A DNA stretch of 64,000 nt, from contig CAYWEW010000002.1 in the NCBI GenBank assembly GCA_964457775.1, positions 44,335 through 108,334 on the forward strand. The letters are read 5' to 3'. The notes under the pieces are model-generated. The model was not told the origin of the DNA, made no database searches, and saw only the letters and a program-made list of their open reading frames with translations. The stretch is from an uncultured Candidatus Saccharibacteria bacterium. GTDB lineage: Bacteria; Patescibacteriota; Minisyncoccia; Phycocordibacterales; UBA5272. The translations under genes were made by a program, and so were the position numbers. Every line of letters begins with the position of its first letter. Positions within the stretch are counted from its first letter, which is position 1. Below are positions 1 through 9,263 of the stretch, in pieces.

Positions 1-1189
1 TATCCTTCATCTTTAATACAATTTCACCAAGGTCAAATCTAAGGATTTCTGGTTTTTGAAAAGCGTCCCTACTTTCAAAATCACTTTTGCTAATAAGACG
101 ATAACATTTTCCAGGAGATGTTCTTCCTGCACGACCCATTCTTTGATTTAGATTCGCTTGAGATGCCTTAGAAAGAGTTAGTGCATCAATTCCTGTATCG
201 GGGTTATATTCTTTTTGTTTTAAAAGACCAGCATCGATAACATGTTTCACTCCATCAATTGTCACTGATGTTTCAGCAATATTTGTTGATACTATTACTT
301 TTCTTTTTCCATTTTTTGCAAAAATTCTATCTTGATCTTGTGGATTCATTGCACCAAATAATGGCAAGACATTTACAGTTTCTGATGAAATTAATGAATT
401 AATAGAATCTACAGTTTTATTTATTTCTTCCTCCCCTGGCATGAATACCAAAATATCTCCTTCTTCATTGTTATTAATTATTTCCTTAACAATTAATCCC
501 GCCTTTACTGTATAATCATCTCCGTCTGGAACTCCTCTGTATTCCAAATCAACAGGAAAAAGTCTTCCCTCTACTTTTGCAACCGGAGAACTTTCAAAAT
601 AATCAGCGAATTTTTGTTCTTCTATAGTCGCAGAGGCTACTACTATTTTAAGTTCACTTTTACCCTTTTCTTTTCTTAATCTTTGAGCTTGTTTAAGTAA
701 ACCGAGACCTAAATCAATATTTAAACTTCTTTCATGTGCTTCATCAACCATCACAATATCCAAATCAAGAAGCATTGGATCTTTACGCAACATATTAAGC
801 AGAATTCCGTCTGTCATAAAAGTAACTCTTGTATCTTCTCCAACTTCTCTTTTCTCTCTTGTAATAAGACCAATTTCACCACCAACTAGACCACCTTTCT
901 GTTGAGCAACATATCTAGAAACACTTCTAGCTGGTAATACTCTTGGTGAAGTTACTGCAATTTTTTTATCTGGATATTGCTCCATTAAATAAATAGGTGT
1001 CCTTGTTGTTTTACCAGAACCAGTTTCACCAACAACAATAACTGTTTTATTATTATCAATCATCTCCATTACGGAGTCTCGTGACCTATCCATTGGTAAA
1101 ACATTGTCCAAAATAACTGGTTGTGTTTCTGCGACAACTGAAGGACTTATCTGCTCTTTATTATTTGCTGGTGGTTGATTAAACTTCAT
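1..1189 (-). CDS. DEAH-box ATP-dependent RNA helicase (HrpA-like), runs off the window start
   Basis: Manual translation from ATG at 1189 (MKFNQPP...) gives GETGSGKT, MTDGILL, DEAHERS, SAT, TNIAETSVTIDGV and QRMGRAGR motifs; not in the ORF track because the stop is outside the window. Confidence 0.9.
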   Translation of the reverse strand, partial: MKFNQPPANNKEQISPSVVAETQPVILDNVLPMDRSRDSVMEMIDNNKTVIVVGETGSGKTTRTPIYLMEQYPDKKIAVTSPRVLPARSVSRYVAQQKGGLVGGEIGLITREKREVGEDTRVTFMTDGILLNMLRKDPMLLDLDIVMVDEAHERSLNIDLGLGLLKQAQRLRKEKGKSELKIVVASATIEEQKFADYFESSPVAKVEGRLFPVDLEYRGVPDGDDYTVKAGLIVKEIINNNEEGDILVFMPGEEEINKTVDSINSLISSETVNVLPLFGAMNPQDQDRIFAKNGKRKVIVSTNIAETSVTIDGVKHVIDAGLLKQKEYNPDTGIDALTLSKASQANLNQRMGRAGRTSPGKCYRLISKSDFESRDAFQKPEILRFDLGEIVLKMKD

Positions 1190-1511
1190 AGGATTTATTT
1201 AATGAACAAATAAATTCTGAAATTAAAGTAATGTCATTATTTAATTCGATACTTTTATTCTTCATTTCATAAGGTTCAATAACTTCTTCACTGAACTTAT
1301 CAGAAACAATATAATAACCCCCTTTTCCTTCTATAGATATTTTATTAATAACATTAAAAAGAGAATCGAGGAATTGTTTAATTTCCTCCACATTATAAAA
1401 ATCTTTCTTTAAAAAAATATTCCTACCTTGGAAACCAGAAGAACTTTTATTTTTTAAATAAAAAATTATGTCCTTGTTGTCTATATATAAATATTCTTCT
1501 ACTTTTAACAT
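1179..1511 (-). CDS. hypothetical protein
   Basis: ORF 1179..1598; likely ATG start at 1511 (MLKVEE); stop overlaps the helicase start. Confidence 0.5.
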   Translation of the reverse strand: MLKVEEYLYIDNKDIIFYLKNKSSSGFQGRNIFLKKDFYNVEEIKQFLDSLFNVINKISIEGKGGYYIVSDKFSEEVIEPYEMKNKSIELNNDITLISEFICSLNKSYEV

Positions 1512-1612
1512 GTGATAAGTATAACTTTTTCTATTGGGTTTTAAAAATAATAAGCGTGACCTTCGGTTGCGCTTATTATTCTGCACGAAAACATACAAAC
1601 TCTACAAAAAAT

Positions 1613-1722
1613 TCAGAAATTGTTTTAGATACTGGGAGTATATAAATTTTTTAATGAGACATAGTAGACCTACGGCGAATTAAAAATTTCGTAATGACAA
1701 CGTAGATGAAATAATTTATGAC
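1613..1722. repeat. imperfect palindromic element (RPE-like family, degenerate copy)
   Basis: TCAGAAATT..TAGATAC...ACAACGTAGATG..ATTTATGAC; ends resemble the copies at 19859 and 22981. Confidence 0.5.
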
Positions 1723-2777
1723 TTTATTGTTTTCCCAACTCTTGAAACATGTTCTACGAGAGTATGAGTATACCCCATTTCATTGTCATACCAAGCAAGA
1801 ATCTTAACGAGATTACCTCCAACAACGCGAGTCATTTTAAGGTCTGCAATCGAAGCAAATGGAAGACCAAGAATATCACTAGACACTAATTCTTCTTCTG
1901 TTACTGCAAAAATATCCCTCCATTGGTCAGTTCTAGAAGCGTCCGTTAGAGCCTTATTAATTTCTTCTACTGTGGTAGGACGCTTTGAAATAAATGTGAT
2001 GTCTGCAATAGATCCTGCTGGTGTAGGGACGCGAATAGACACCCCATCAAAAAGCCCCTCAAGGCTCGGAAATGCCTTTGTAACAGCAATTGCTGCCCCA
2101 GTCGACGAAGGTACGATATTCTGTGCAGCAGCACGTCCTTCACGAAAATCTTTCTTATTAGGACCATCTACAATACCTTGTGATGCTGTATATGAGTGAA
2201 CGGTGTTTAATATAGCTTTTTCGATTCCAACAACTTTGTCCAAAATAGCAATTACAGGTGATGAAGCATTTGTTGTACAAGAAGCATTCGATGTAACTTG
2301 AGTAGTTCCGAACTTCTCTTCATTTACACCAAGAAGAATTGTCTCTCCGGGAACGGAAGTATCCTCACCTTTCTTTGCTGGTGCAGAAATAACAACTGCC
2401 TTTGCACCACCTTTTATGTGAGCTGAGGCTTTATCATATGCTACGAATAGCCCAGTAGACTCAACAACCACATCAACTTCATTTGCTCCCCAAGGAATAA
2501 GTGCAGGGTCTCTTTCTTGAATAACCTTTACTCTCATATCTTTTTCTCCTTCAACGACAAGATATTGTTCTTTTATATCATCATGAACTTCTGCATGTAC
2601 ATCAAAATGTGACACGCGGTACACTGTGTCATACTGAAGAAGATATGCAAGATTGTGTACATCTCCTAAATCATTAATAGCAACTACTTCCATATCATCT
2701 CGCTCGAGTGCAACTTTAAAGAAAGCACGTCCGATGCGACCGAAACCATTTATTCCAACTCGTATTTTTTTATCCAT
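1716..2777 (-). CDS. gap: type I glyceraldehyde-3-phosphate dehydrogenase
   Basis: GINGFGRIGR, SNASCTTN, RVPT and WYDNE motifs. Confidence 0.97.
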   Translation of the reverse strand: MDKKIRVGINGFGRIGRAFFKVALERDDMEVVAINDLGDVHNLAYLLQYDTVYRVSHFDVHAEVHDDIKEQYLVVEGEKDMRVKVIQERDPALIPWGANEVDVVVESTGLFVAYDKASAHIKGGAKAVVISAPAKKGEDTSVPGETILLGVNEEKFGTTQVTSNASCTTNASSPVIAILDKVVGIEKAILNTVHSYTASQGIVDGPNKKDFREGRAAAQNIVPSSTGAAIAVTKAFPSLEGLFDGVSIRVPTPAGSIADITFISKRPTTVEEINKALTDASRTDQWRDIFAVTEEELVSSDILGLPFASIADLKMTRVVGGNLVKILAWYDNEMGYTHTLVEHVSRVGKTIKS

Positions 2778-2979
2778 ATCAATCTAGTATACAGGGACTA
2801 ATAGCTTGGGACTAGTTGATAACCATTAAGATTGCCGTAAAAACACAAAACCCCTTACAATCAAGTAAGAGGTATTACACAAGTTGGCGAACGCAAGGCG
2901 TTTTTATCAAGCCTAACTTTATGTATGTGATGATGCTGTATATGTCTTTATACAACCAAGACACCTGATGCGATACTAC

Positions 2980-3177
2980 TTAGTTCTCGTAACTGATGCT
3001 TCCTTCCTGTTCATCGAGCGTTGGCTTTCTTGCTGACGAAAGAACAATTGGATCACAACATTCTATGATATGACGGATATAATTCATCCTGTTATAATCA
3101 TAAAAAGCAGGATCTTCTTGATACGAAGGTAGATTTAATTGATACTCGGCGGTAAAGTCATTTGTCTCATTTCTCAT
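2980..3177 (-). CDS. small hypothetical protein
   Basis: 65-aa ORF with purine-rich SD-like AGGGA upstream and a hairpin/U-tract downstream. Confidence 0.45.
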   Translation of the reverse strand: MRNETNDFTAEYQLNLPSYQEDPAFYDYNRMNYIRHIIECCDPIVLSSARKPTLDEQEGSISYEN

Positions 3178-3264
3178 CTTTTGTTTCCCTTTCTTTTAAA
3201 GTGCAACATCATAAGCACCATGCCTATGACATTGTAATACTATCATAATCCCTCTAAAAAACAA

Positions 3265-3966
3265 CTAAAAAATGGCTTCTGTGTAAATTGTTTCTTCTTT
3301 TACACCACCTTCTTTTAGTCCTTTCCAAAAGTCACGAACAAACGGGATAGAGCCACATATAAGAAATTCTTTATTTTCTATATTTTTTGTTTCTTCTAGA
3401 ATATCAAAGACTTTTATTCTTTCATTTTTTATCCCCTCTTCATTAACATCCTGCTGAGTAATATAATTTTTAAATTTAAAAAAACCATTCTCTTGTTGTA
3501 CTTTTTTTAATTCATCTCCAAAAACAATATCACTAACATTCTTATTACTATTAAATAGAAACATTTCTCGTTTTTTGTTTTTTGCAACGGAGTCCATAAT
3601 TATACTTCGAAACGGTGCAATCCCCATCCCTCCTGCAATCATAACGAGTGTCGTATTTTCTTCTTCACTATAAAAATATCCATACGGAAGTGACGCTTCT
3701 ACTTTATCTCCCGTATTCATAGCACATAATTTATTTGAAAATTGCCCAACACCTTTTACAGTAATATTAAGGGTTTGTTCATGTGGCGCACTTGATATGG
3801 TATATGCCTTACCTTCAGCGTTTCCAGCATCATCAAAGTAAACTGTAATGAATTGTCCGGCATAATACTTTGGAACACCAGCATCACATGACAATCTCAA
3901 AGTAAAAACATTTTTGGTTTCTTGTATTTTTTCTTTGACAGTATATTTTATTCTATTTTCTTTCAT
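3265..3966 (-). CDS. FAD/NAD(P)-binding oxidoreductase (ferredoxin-NADP+ reductase-like)
   Basis: AGQF, KAYTISSAP, IAGGMGIAPF and ICGS motifs. Confidence 0.9.
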   Translation of the reverse strand: MKENRIKYTVKEKIQETKNVFTLRLSCDAGVPKYYAGQFITVYFDDAGNAEGKAYTISSAPHEQTLNITVKGVGQFSNKLCAMNTGDKVEASLPYGYFYSEEENTTLVMIAGGMGIAPFRSIIMDSVAKNKKREMFLFNSNKNVSDIVFGDELKKVQQENGFFKFKNYITQQDVNEEGIKNERIKVFDILEETKNIENKEFLICGSIPFVRDFWKGLKEGGVKEETIYTEAIF

Positions 3967-4381
3967 ACTCTTCTATTGCTTCACGTAATGCGAGATGCGA
4001 CAACACCGAACAATGGTATTTTCTATCTGGAAGTCCTCCTAATCTATCAATAATTGCTTCTGGTGTTAATCTTTTTGCTTTACTCAGTTCCATTCCTCCT
4101 TTTTCTGTCACCATAACTGACATCATTGATGTTGAAGCAATAGCAGACGCACAACCAAATGTCCTCCACTTACATTCTGTAATAACTTTTTTATCCTTAT
4201 CTACTTTTACCCAAACCGCCATCATGTCACCACAAAGTGGGCTACCTGTTACCCCAAGCCCGTCAGCGACATAGTCCTTATCATCAACTAAAATATTTTG
4301 TGGACGAAAAAAATGCTCTTTTACAGCATCACTATATAGCCAGTTTTCTCCATCACATTTATTATATTCATTTATTGTCAT
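3953..4381 (-). CDS. iscU: Fe-S cluster scaffold, IscU/NifU-N family
   Basis: CGD, FGCASAIAS and KYHCSVL three-cysteine signature. Confidence 0.92.
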   Translation of the reverse strand: MTINEYNKCDGENWLYSDAVKEHFFRPQNILVDDKDYVADGLGVTGSPLCGDMMAVWVKVDKDKKVITECKWRTFGCASAIASTSMMSVMVTEKGGMELSKAKRLTPEAIIDRLGGLPDRKYHCSVLSHLALREAIEEYERK

Positions 4382-5604
4382 AGATTTATAGTTAATGATG
4401 ACATACTTTTTAGTCTTTTTACAATACCCGATAATTCATTTACGAAGTAATCCAAATCCTCTTTTGTCGTATCCTTTCCTAAAGAAATACGAATACTGCC
4501 GTGCACAAGATTAGATTTAGAATCAGCAGATTCTCGACTGTGCTGTAAATTAATTGCATGTAATACATGTGAAACCTCCAAATCATGCGATGAGCAAGCT
4601 GAGCCGGTAGACACTTGTATTCCAATTTCATCCAACATAAGAACAATTGATTCACCTTCTATAGATGGAATAGAGATGTGCACATTGTTTGGCAAACGAT
4701 TAATTGGGTGCCCGTTTAAAACTATATCATTAATATATTCTCTTAAAATTTTTATCAAATAATCACGAAGTGCAGTTAGCCTTTCGAACTCTTTCACTCT
4801 TTTTTCTTCAACCATTCTAAGTGATTCACACATTCCAACAATAAGTGGAACACTTTCAGTTCCGCTACGTAGACCCTGCTCTTGTCCACCACCAAAAATA
4901 ATTGGTTCAATATTTATATTTTCTTTTTTATATAGTACCCCTATACCTTTGGGACCGTATATTTTGGACGCATTGATTGTCATTAAATCGACTCCGAGAG
5001 TTTGTACATTTATTGGTAATTGTCCTGCTGCTTGGCATGCATCGGTGTGGAAGTATGGACAACCATTAGCTATTGGCATTTGGCTTTTTGTTTTATTAAT
5101 TCTATTTCCTAGTTCTACTATTGGTTGTATAGTCCCTATTTCATTATTCGCATACATCACAGAAACTAGAATCGTTTTATCCGTTATCATTTTCATAACT
5201 TCATCCACATTAACTATTCCATATTCATCTACTGGAATATATTCCAAGACAAAACCCTCTTTTTCTAATTGCTTCGCTGAATCTAATACTGCCTTGTGCT
5301 CAATTGATGAAATAAGAATATGGTTCCCGTGTTTTTTATTATCTCTAGCAATACCTAAAATTGCCAAGTTATCCGACTCTGTTCCCGAACCAGTAAAAAT
5401 AATTTCAGAAGATTTAGCTCCAATGATTTCGGCAACACCCTGCCTTGCACGCTCTATAATATGCTTTGATTTTCTCCCAATTTCGTAGACGGACGACGGA
5501 TTACCATATTCACCACCAAAATATGGCAACATTTTTTCTAGCACCCGCATATCAATAGGTGTAGTTGCAGCATTATCTAAATAAATTAGACGTTTCATTT
5601 CCAT
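4378..5604 (-). CDS. iscS: cysteine desulfurase, IscS/NifS group I
   Basis: YLDNAATT, SGTESDN, HTDACQ, SKIYGPKG and STGSACSS motifs. Confidence 0.95.
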   Translation of the reverse strand: MEMKRLIYLDNAATTPIDMRVLEKMLPYFGGEYGNPSSVYEIGRKSKHIIERARQGVAEIIGAKSSEIIFTGSGTESDNLAILGIARDNKKHGNHILISSIEHKAVLDSAKQLEKEGFVLEYIPVDEYGIVNVDEVMKMITDKTILVSVMYANNEIGTIQPIVELGNRINKTKSQMPIANGCPYFHTDACQAAGQLPINVQTLGVDLMTINASKIYGPKGIGVLYKKENINIEPIIFGGGQEQGLRSGTESVPLIVGMCESLRMVEEKRVKEFERLTALRDYLIKILREYINDIVLNGHPINRLPNNVHISIPSIEGESIVLMLDEIGIQVSTGSACSSHDLEVSHVLHAINLQHSRESADSKSNLVHGSIRISLGKDTTKEDLDYFVNELSGIVKRLKSMSSLTINL

Positions 5605-5624
5605 ATTTTATAGCATGACATATT

Positions 5625-6314
5625 TTATCGAACTCCACAAAACTGAACATACTTGGTGAGGTTTTTTTGAAATTCAGCAAATTCTTCATCATTATATGTG
5701 GTTTTTTTGATAAATTGAGGGTTAAGAATTTTAGACGGGATAAATTTTTGTAAATAATATTTTTTAGCTCCTTTGATTTCTTTTGCAATTTCTTCGATGT
5801 CTTCCGGCGATAACATCACTTTCAAAACAGTTGTACGGAACTCATACTCCACATCTGAATTCATAATAAGAGATATACTTTTCTTAATTGATTCTATATC
5901 GACAGGACGAGAAACTGTCTGACTATATTTTGCAAGTGGAGACTTTACATCCATTGCTATATAGTCCACTAATTTTTTATCAATAGCTTGTTTCAAAAAA
6001 TCTGGATTGGTGCCATTTGAATCTAACTTAACAAGGAAACCTCTATCTTTAACTTCCTTCATGAAGGAGAGAAGTTTGTCCCCATGTATAGTTGGCTCTC
6101 CCCCTGTTATAACTACACCATCTAGCATTTTCTTTCTACTCTCAATAAATTCCAAAATTTCTTTTTCAGAAAATCTATGTGTCACTGTTTCATCAACTAA
6201 TTCTGGATTGTGGCAATATGGACACCTAAAATTACATCCAACTGTATAGACCATACAAGCTATCTTTCCTGGATAGTCTATAAGTGTACATTTTTCAAAT
6301 CCTCCGAATTCCAT
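5625..6314 (-). CDS. nrdG: anaerobic ribonucleotide reductase activase (radical SAM)
   Basis: GCNFRCPYCHNP (CxxxCxxC) and ITGGEP; directly after nrdD. Confidence 0.93.
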   Translation of the reverse strand: MEFGGFEKCTLIDYPGKIACMVYTVGCNFRCPYCHNPELVDETVTHRFSEKEILEFIESRKKMLDGVVITGGEPTIHGDKLLSFMKEVKDRGFLVKLDSNGTNPDFLKQAIDKKLVDYIAMDVKSPLAKYSQTVSRPVDIESIKKSISLIMNSDVEYEFRTTVLKVMLSPEDIEEIAKEIKGAKKYYLQKFIPSKILNPQFIKKTTYNDEEFAEFQKNLTKYVQFCGVR

Positions 6315-6315
6315 T

Positions 6316-8493
6316 TTATTTTATCTTAACCGAAACAGTGACGGGTTCTTCAACGCATACTGGGGATACTTCTCCTGGAATATACATTTCACGAATATCA
6401 TACTCTGCTTTTTTCGCATCATTCCATTGACTAACAGGACGCAAGTAACCAACAACACGTGAATATACTTCGCATGTACTTGTACAAGTTGGGCAAGAAA
6501 AATGTTCGCCTGAAATATAACCATGTGTACCACAAACACTGAAAGTTGGTGTGATTGTAAAATATGGCAATCTATAATTCTCACAAATCTTCTTCACTAA
6601 ATTCGGCACAGCCTTGTAATCAGTCATACGTTCACCTATGAAAAGATGTATAACTGTTCCACCGGTATACTTCGTCTGTAGACCATCTTGGATATCAAGT
6701 GTCTCAATAATGTCTTGTGTATAGTTAACTGGAAGATGTGATGAGTTAGTATAAAATGGCTGAGCCCCCAACTTAACTTCTGGTTCGTTTGCAACAATAA
6801 TATCTGGATACATCTTCTTGTCACGAGCAGCGAATCTGTATGTTACCCCTTCTGCTGGAGTTGCTTCCAAGTTATATAAGTTACCTGTTTCTTGCTGATA
6901 TGAAATCAGTCGATGACGCATGTGATCTAGAACTTCACCAGCCAATACTCTACCATCTTCTGTACCAATATCTTCACCTATAAGATTAAGAGCTACTTCA
7001 TTCATACCAATGAGTCCAATTGTAGAGAAATGGTTTTTCCAATATTCACCAAAACCTTTTTTGATATTTCTTAAATAGAACTTTGTATATGGGTACAGAT
7101 TAGCCTCTGTTAATCTTTCAATAAGTTTTCGCTTAATTTCTAGACTTTCCTGTGCGATGTCCATTTGCTTATCAAGTTTTTCATAGAAGTCTGCTTTTGC
7201 TTTTACAAGATCATCTTTATTCTTACTCTTCGCAACATATGAAAGTCTAGGTAAGTTAATAGTCACTACTCCAACTGAGCCAGTTAGAGCGTTCGCACCG
7301 AATAGTCCACCTCCACGACGATCTAGTTCTTCTAGGTCAAGACGAAGACGGCAACACATTGATCGAGTATCTTCTGGTTTCATATCTGAATTAACAAAGT
7401 TACTGAAATATGGAATACCGTACTTTGCTGTGATTTCCCAAAGGCCCTTCAATTTTTCATTTTCCCAGTTAAAATCTTTTGTAATATTAACTGTCGGAAT
7501 TGGGAATGAAAATACTTTTCCGGTTGCGTCCCCTTCTGCCATAACTTCAAAAAAAGCTTCGTTCAACATATCCATTTCAGCTTGGAAATCTCCATACTTT
7601 TCCTTTTGTTGCTTGCCTCCAATAATTACAGGCATATCTTTGAAGTTTGGTGAAGGATTAAGATCAAGAGTAATGTTTGAGAATGGTGTTTGGAAACCAA
7701 CACGAGTTGGCACATTCATATTGAACACAAACTCTTGAATGGATTGTTTCACTTCCTTTTGTGTAAGATTGTCATAACGAATAAATGGCGCGAGTAATGT
7801 ATCGAAGTTAGAAAAAGCAATAGCTCCAGCTGCTTCACCTTGCATTGTGTACATAAAATTCACAATCTGACCAATAGCTGTACGAAAGTGCTTTGGTGGA
7901 GCTGATTCAATTTTATCGGTAACACCTTTAAATCCTTCAGTGAGAAGATCCATCAAATCCCAACCAACACAATAAATTGCAAGTGTGCCAAGGTCATGTA
8001 TATGAATATCTCCATTTTCATATGAGTCACGAATTTCCTTTGGATAAATTTTGTTCAACCAATATGTCTTACTAACTTCTGAGAATAGATAATTGTTCAG
8101 TCCTTGAAGAGAGTATCCCATATTACTATTCTCTTTTACCTGCCAGTCTAATTTATCAAGATAATTATCAACAAGACCGAGAGATGCCTTGGTTGCGAAC
8201 GCTCTCATCTCTGCGTGCTGTTCACGATAAACAATATATGCCTTAGCAGTTTGCTTATATCTAGAATGCATCAAAATCTGCTCAACAGCATCTTGTATTT
8301 GCTCAACATTAGGGAAATTACTGTATTCTTTATTTTCTATATATGCGACTATTTGCTCAGTTAAATCTCGGGCCTCATCATCTCTAAATTCTCCTGTTGC
8401 CTTACCAGCTTTTGCAACTGCGTGAACAATCTTTTCCTTGTCAAAAACTTCTGTTTTTCCGTCTCTTTTTGTGATTTTTGTGAGTTTAGCCAT
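6316..8493 (-). CDS. nrdD: class III anaerobic ribonucleoside-triphosphate reductase with N-terminal ATP cone
   Basis: KRDG ATP cone, SMCCRL, EATPAE, C-terminal Cys pairs and glycyl-radical loop YSRVVGY. Confidence 0.96.
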   Translation of the reverse strand: MAKLTKITKRDGKTEVFDKEKIVHAVAKAGKATGEFRDDEARDLTEQIVAYIENKEYSNFPNVEQIQDAVEQILMHSRYKQTAKAYIVYREQHAEMRAFATKASLGLVDNYLDKLDWQVKENSNMGYSLQGLNNYLFSEVSKTYWLNKIYPKEIRDSYENGDIHIHDLGTLAIYCVGWDLMDLLTEGFKGVTDKIESAPPKHFRTAIGQIVNFMYTMQGEAAGAIAFSNFDTLLAPFIRYDNLTQKEVKQSIQEFVFNMNVPTRVGFQTPFSNITLDLNPSPNFKDMPVIIGGKQQKEKYGDFQAEMDMLNEAFFEVMAEGDATGKVFSFPIPTVNITKDFNWENEKLKGLWEITAKYGIPYFSNFVNSDMKPEDTRSMCCRLRLDLEELDRRGGGLFGANALTGSVGVVTINLPRLSYVAKSKNKDDLVKAKADFYEKLDKQMDIAQESLEIKRKLIERLTEANLYPYTKFYLRNIKKGFGEYWKNHFSTIGLIGMNEVALNLIGEDIGTEDGRVLAGEVLDHMRHRLISYQQETGNLYNLEATPAEGVTYRFAARDKKMYPDIIVANEPEVKLGAQPFYTNSSHLPVNYTQDIIETLDIQDGLQTKYTGGTVIHLFIGERMTDYKAVPNLVKKICENYRLPYFTITPTFSVCGTHGYISGEHFSCPTCTSTCEVYSRVVGYLRPVSQWNDAKKAEYDIREMYIPGEVSPVCVEEPVTVSVKIK

Positions 8494-8678
8494 ATATAAA
8501 ACTTAAATAAATAATAAAGGTTATACTACTAATTATGCTTCGATTTTGATACTCTCGCAACCAAAAAAAGTGGATATAAATTTACCTTACAAGACAATAT
8601 TTTATTTAGAAAAAGTATTTACAAAATCAAAAATTGGTTTATTGAAAAGAGAGGGTTTTTAGGAAGTCACAAGGTACA

Positions 8679-8860
8679 GGTCACAAATCTGCCTCGCTTT
8701 GCTCGAAGCAGATTCGCGACCCCTAATCGATTCCTCACGCAAATGACGCAGGTCATTTCAGGAATCGGTCACCTCGTCTCGTTTTATGAGTACATAAAAC
8801 ATGAGACTCCTCGACCCCTATTCGATTCCTCACGCAAATGACGCAGGTCATTTGCTGTGG
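8679..8860. repeat. tandem GGTCAC-hairpin-CGACCC elements with ~41-nt direct repeat
   Basis: CGACCCCTA(A/TT)CGATTCCTCACGCAAATGACGCAGGTCATTT at about 8717 and 8812. Confidence 0.75.
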
Positions 8861-8861
8861 T

Positions 8862-8916
8862 CCCGCAAAATACAAAATCCTACAAATTTAATTTGTAGGA
8901 TTTTGTATTTTGCGGG
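8862..8916 (-). terminator. long perfect inverted repeat at tRNA-Trp 3' end (probable terminator)
   Basis: CCCGCAAAATACAAAATCCTACAAAT-tta-ATTTGTAGGATTTTGTATTTTGCGGG. Confidence 0.6.
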
Positions 8917-8983
8917 CCCACGAGGAATCGAACCTCGACCAACGGATTTGGAGGCCGTTGTTCTGCCACTAAACTATAGGCCC
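8913..8983 (-). tRNA. tRNA-Trp (anticodon CCA)
   Basis: Acceptor GGGCCTA/TGGGCCC, D arm TAGTTTAGTGGCAGAAC, anticodon loop CTCCAAA, T arm GGTTCGATTCC; 3' CCA not encoded. Confidence 0.93.
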
Positions 8984-9031
8984 GTGTGCTCACTATTCTA
9001 ACATATAATTTGTAAATTATATCGAAAAGAA

Positions 9032-9084
9032 AAAGAAGTAAAATAAAAACCTGTGCAATGCACAGGTTTTTATTTTACTTCTTT
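9032..9084 (-). terminator. perfect inverted repeat overlapping the rpmG stop (terminator)
   Basis: AAAGAAGTAAAATAAAAACCTGTGCA-a-TGCACAGGTTTTTATTTTACTTCTTT. Confidence 0.7.
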
Positions 9085-9236
9085 GTTTCCTTAAAAGTAA
9101 TATGCTTACGAAGTTTCTTTGAATACTTCTTAAGTTCAATTTTACGAGTTACAAGCTTCTTGTTCTTTGCAGTCCAATAAACTTCCCCTGTTTCCTTATT
9201 CTTTAACTGTATGAGACGGTCTTGTGCTTTTGACAT
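9075..9236 (-). CDS. rpmG: 50S ribosomal protein L33 (cysteine-free form)
   Basis: Manual translation MSKAQDRLIQLKNKETGEVYWTAKNKKLVTRKIELKKYSKKLRKHITFKETKK (53 aa, below the track cutoff). Confidence 0.92.
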   Translation of the reverse strand: MSKAQDRLIQLKNKETGEVYWTAKNKKLVTRKIELKKYSKKLRKHITFKETKK

Positions 9237-9263
9237 AGTTACAGGATTATACGCTTTTTTTGG

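Noticed and set aside
8494-8640. NrdR box upstream of nrdD
   Set aside because: No convincing match to the acaCwAtATaTwG consensus by eye.
8679-8860. CRISPR-like direct repeat
   Set aside because: Only two imperfect copies, the spacer is itself a hairpin, the repeat contains tRNA-derived sequence and no cas gene is in the window.
8801-9001. 66-aa plus-strand ORF
   Set aside because: It is the antisense of tRNA-Trp and its palindromic trailer.
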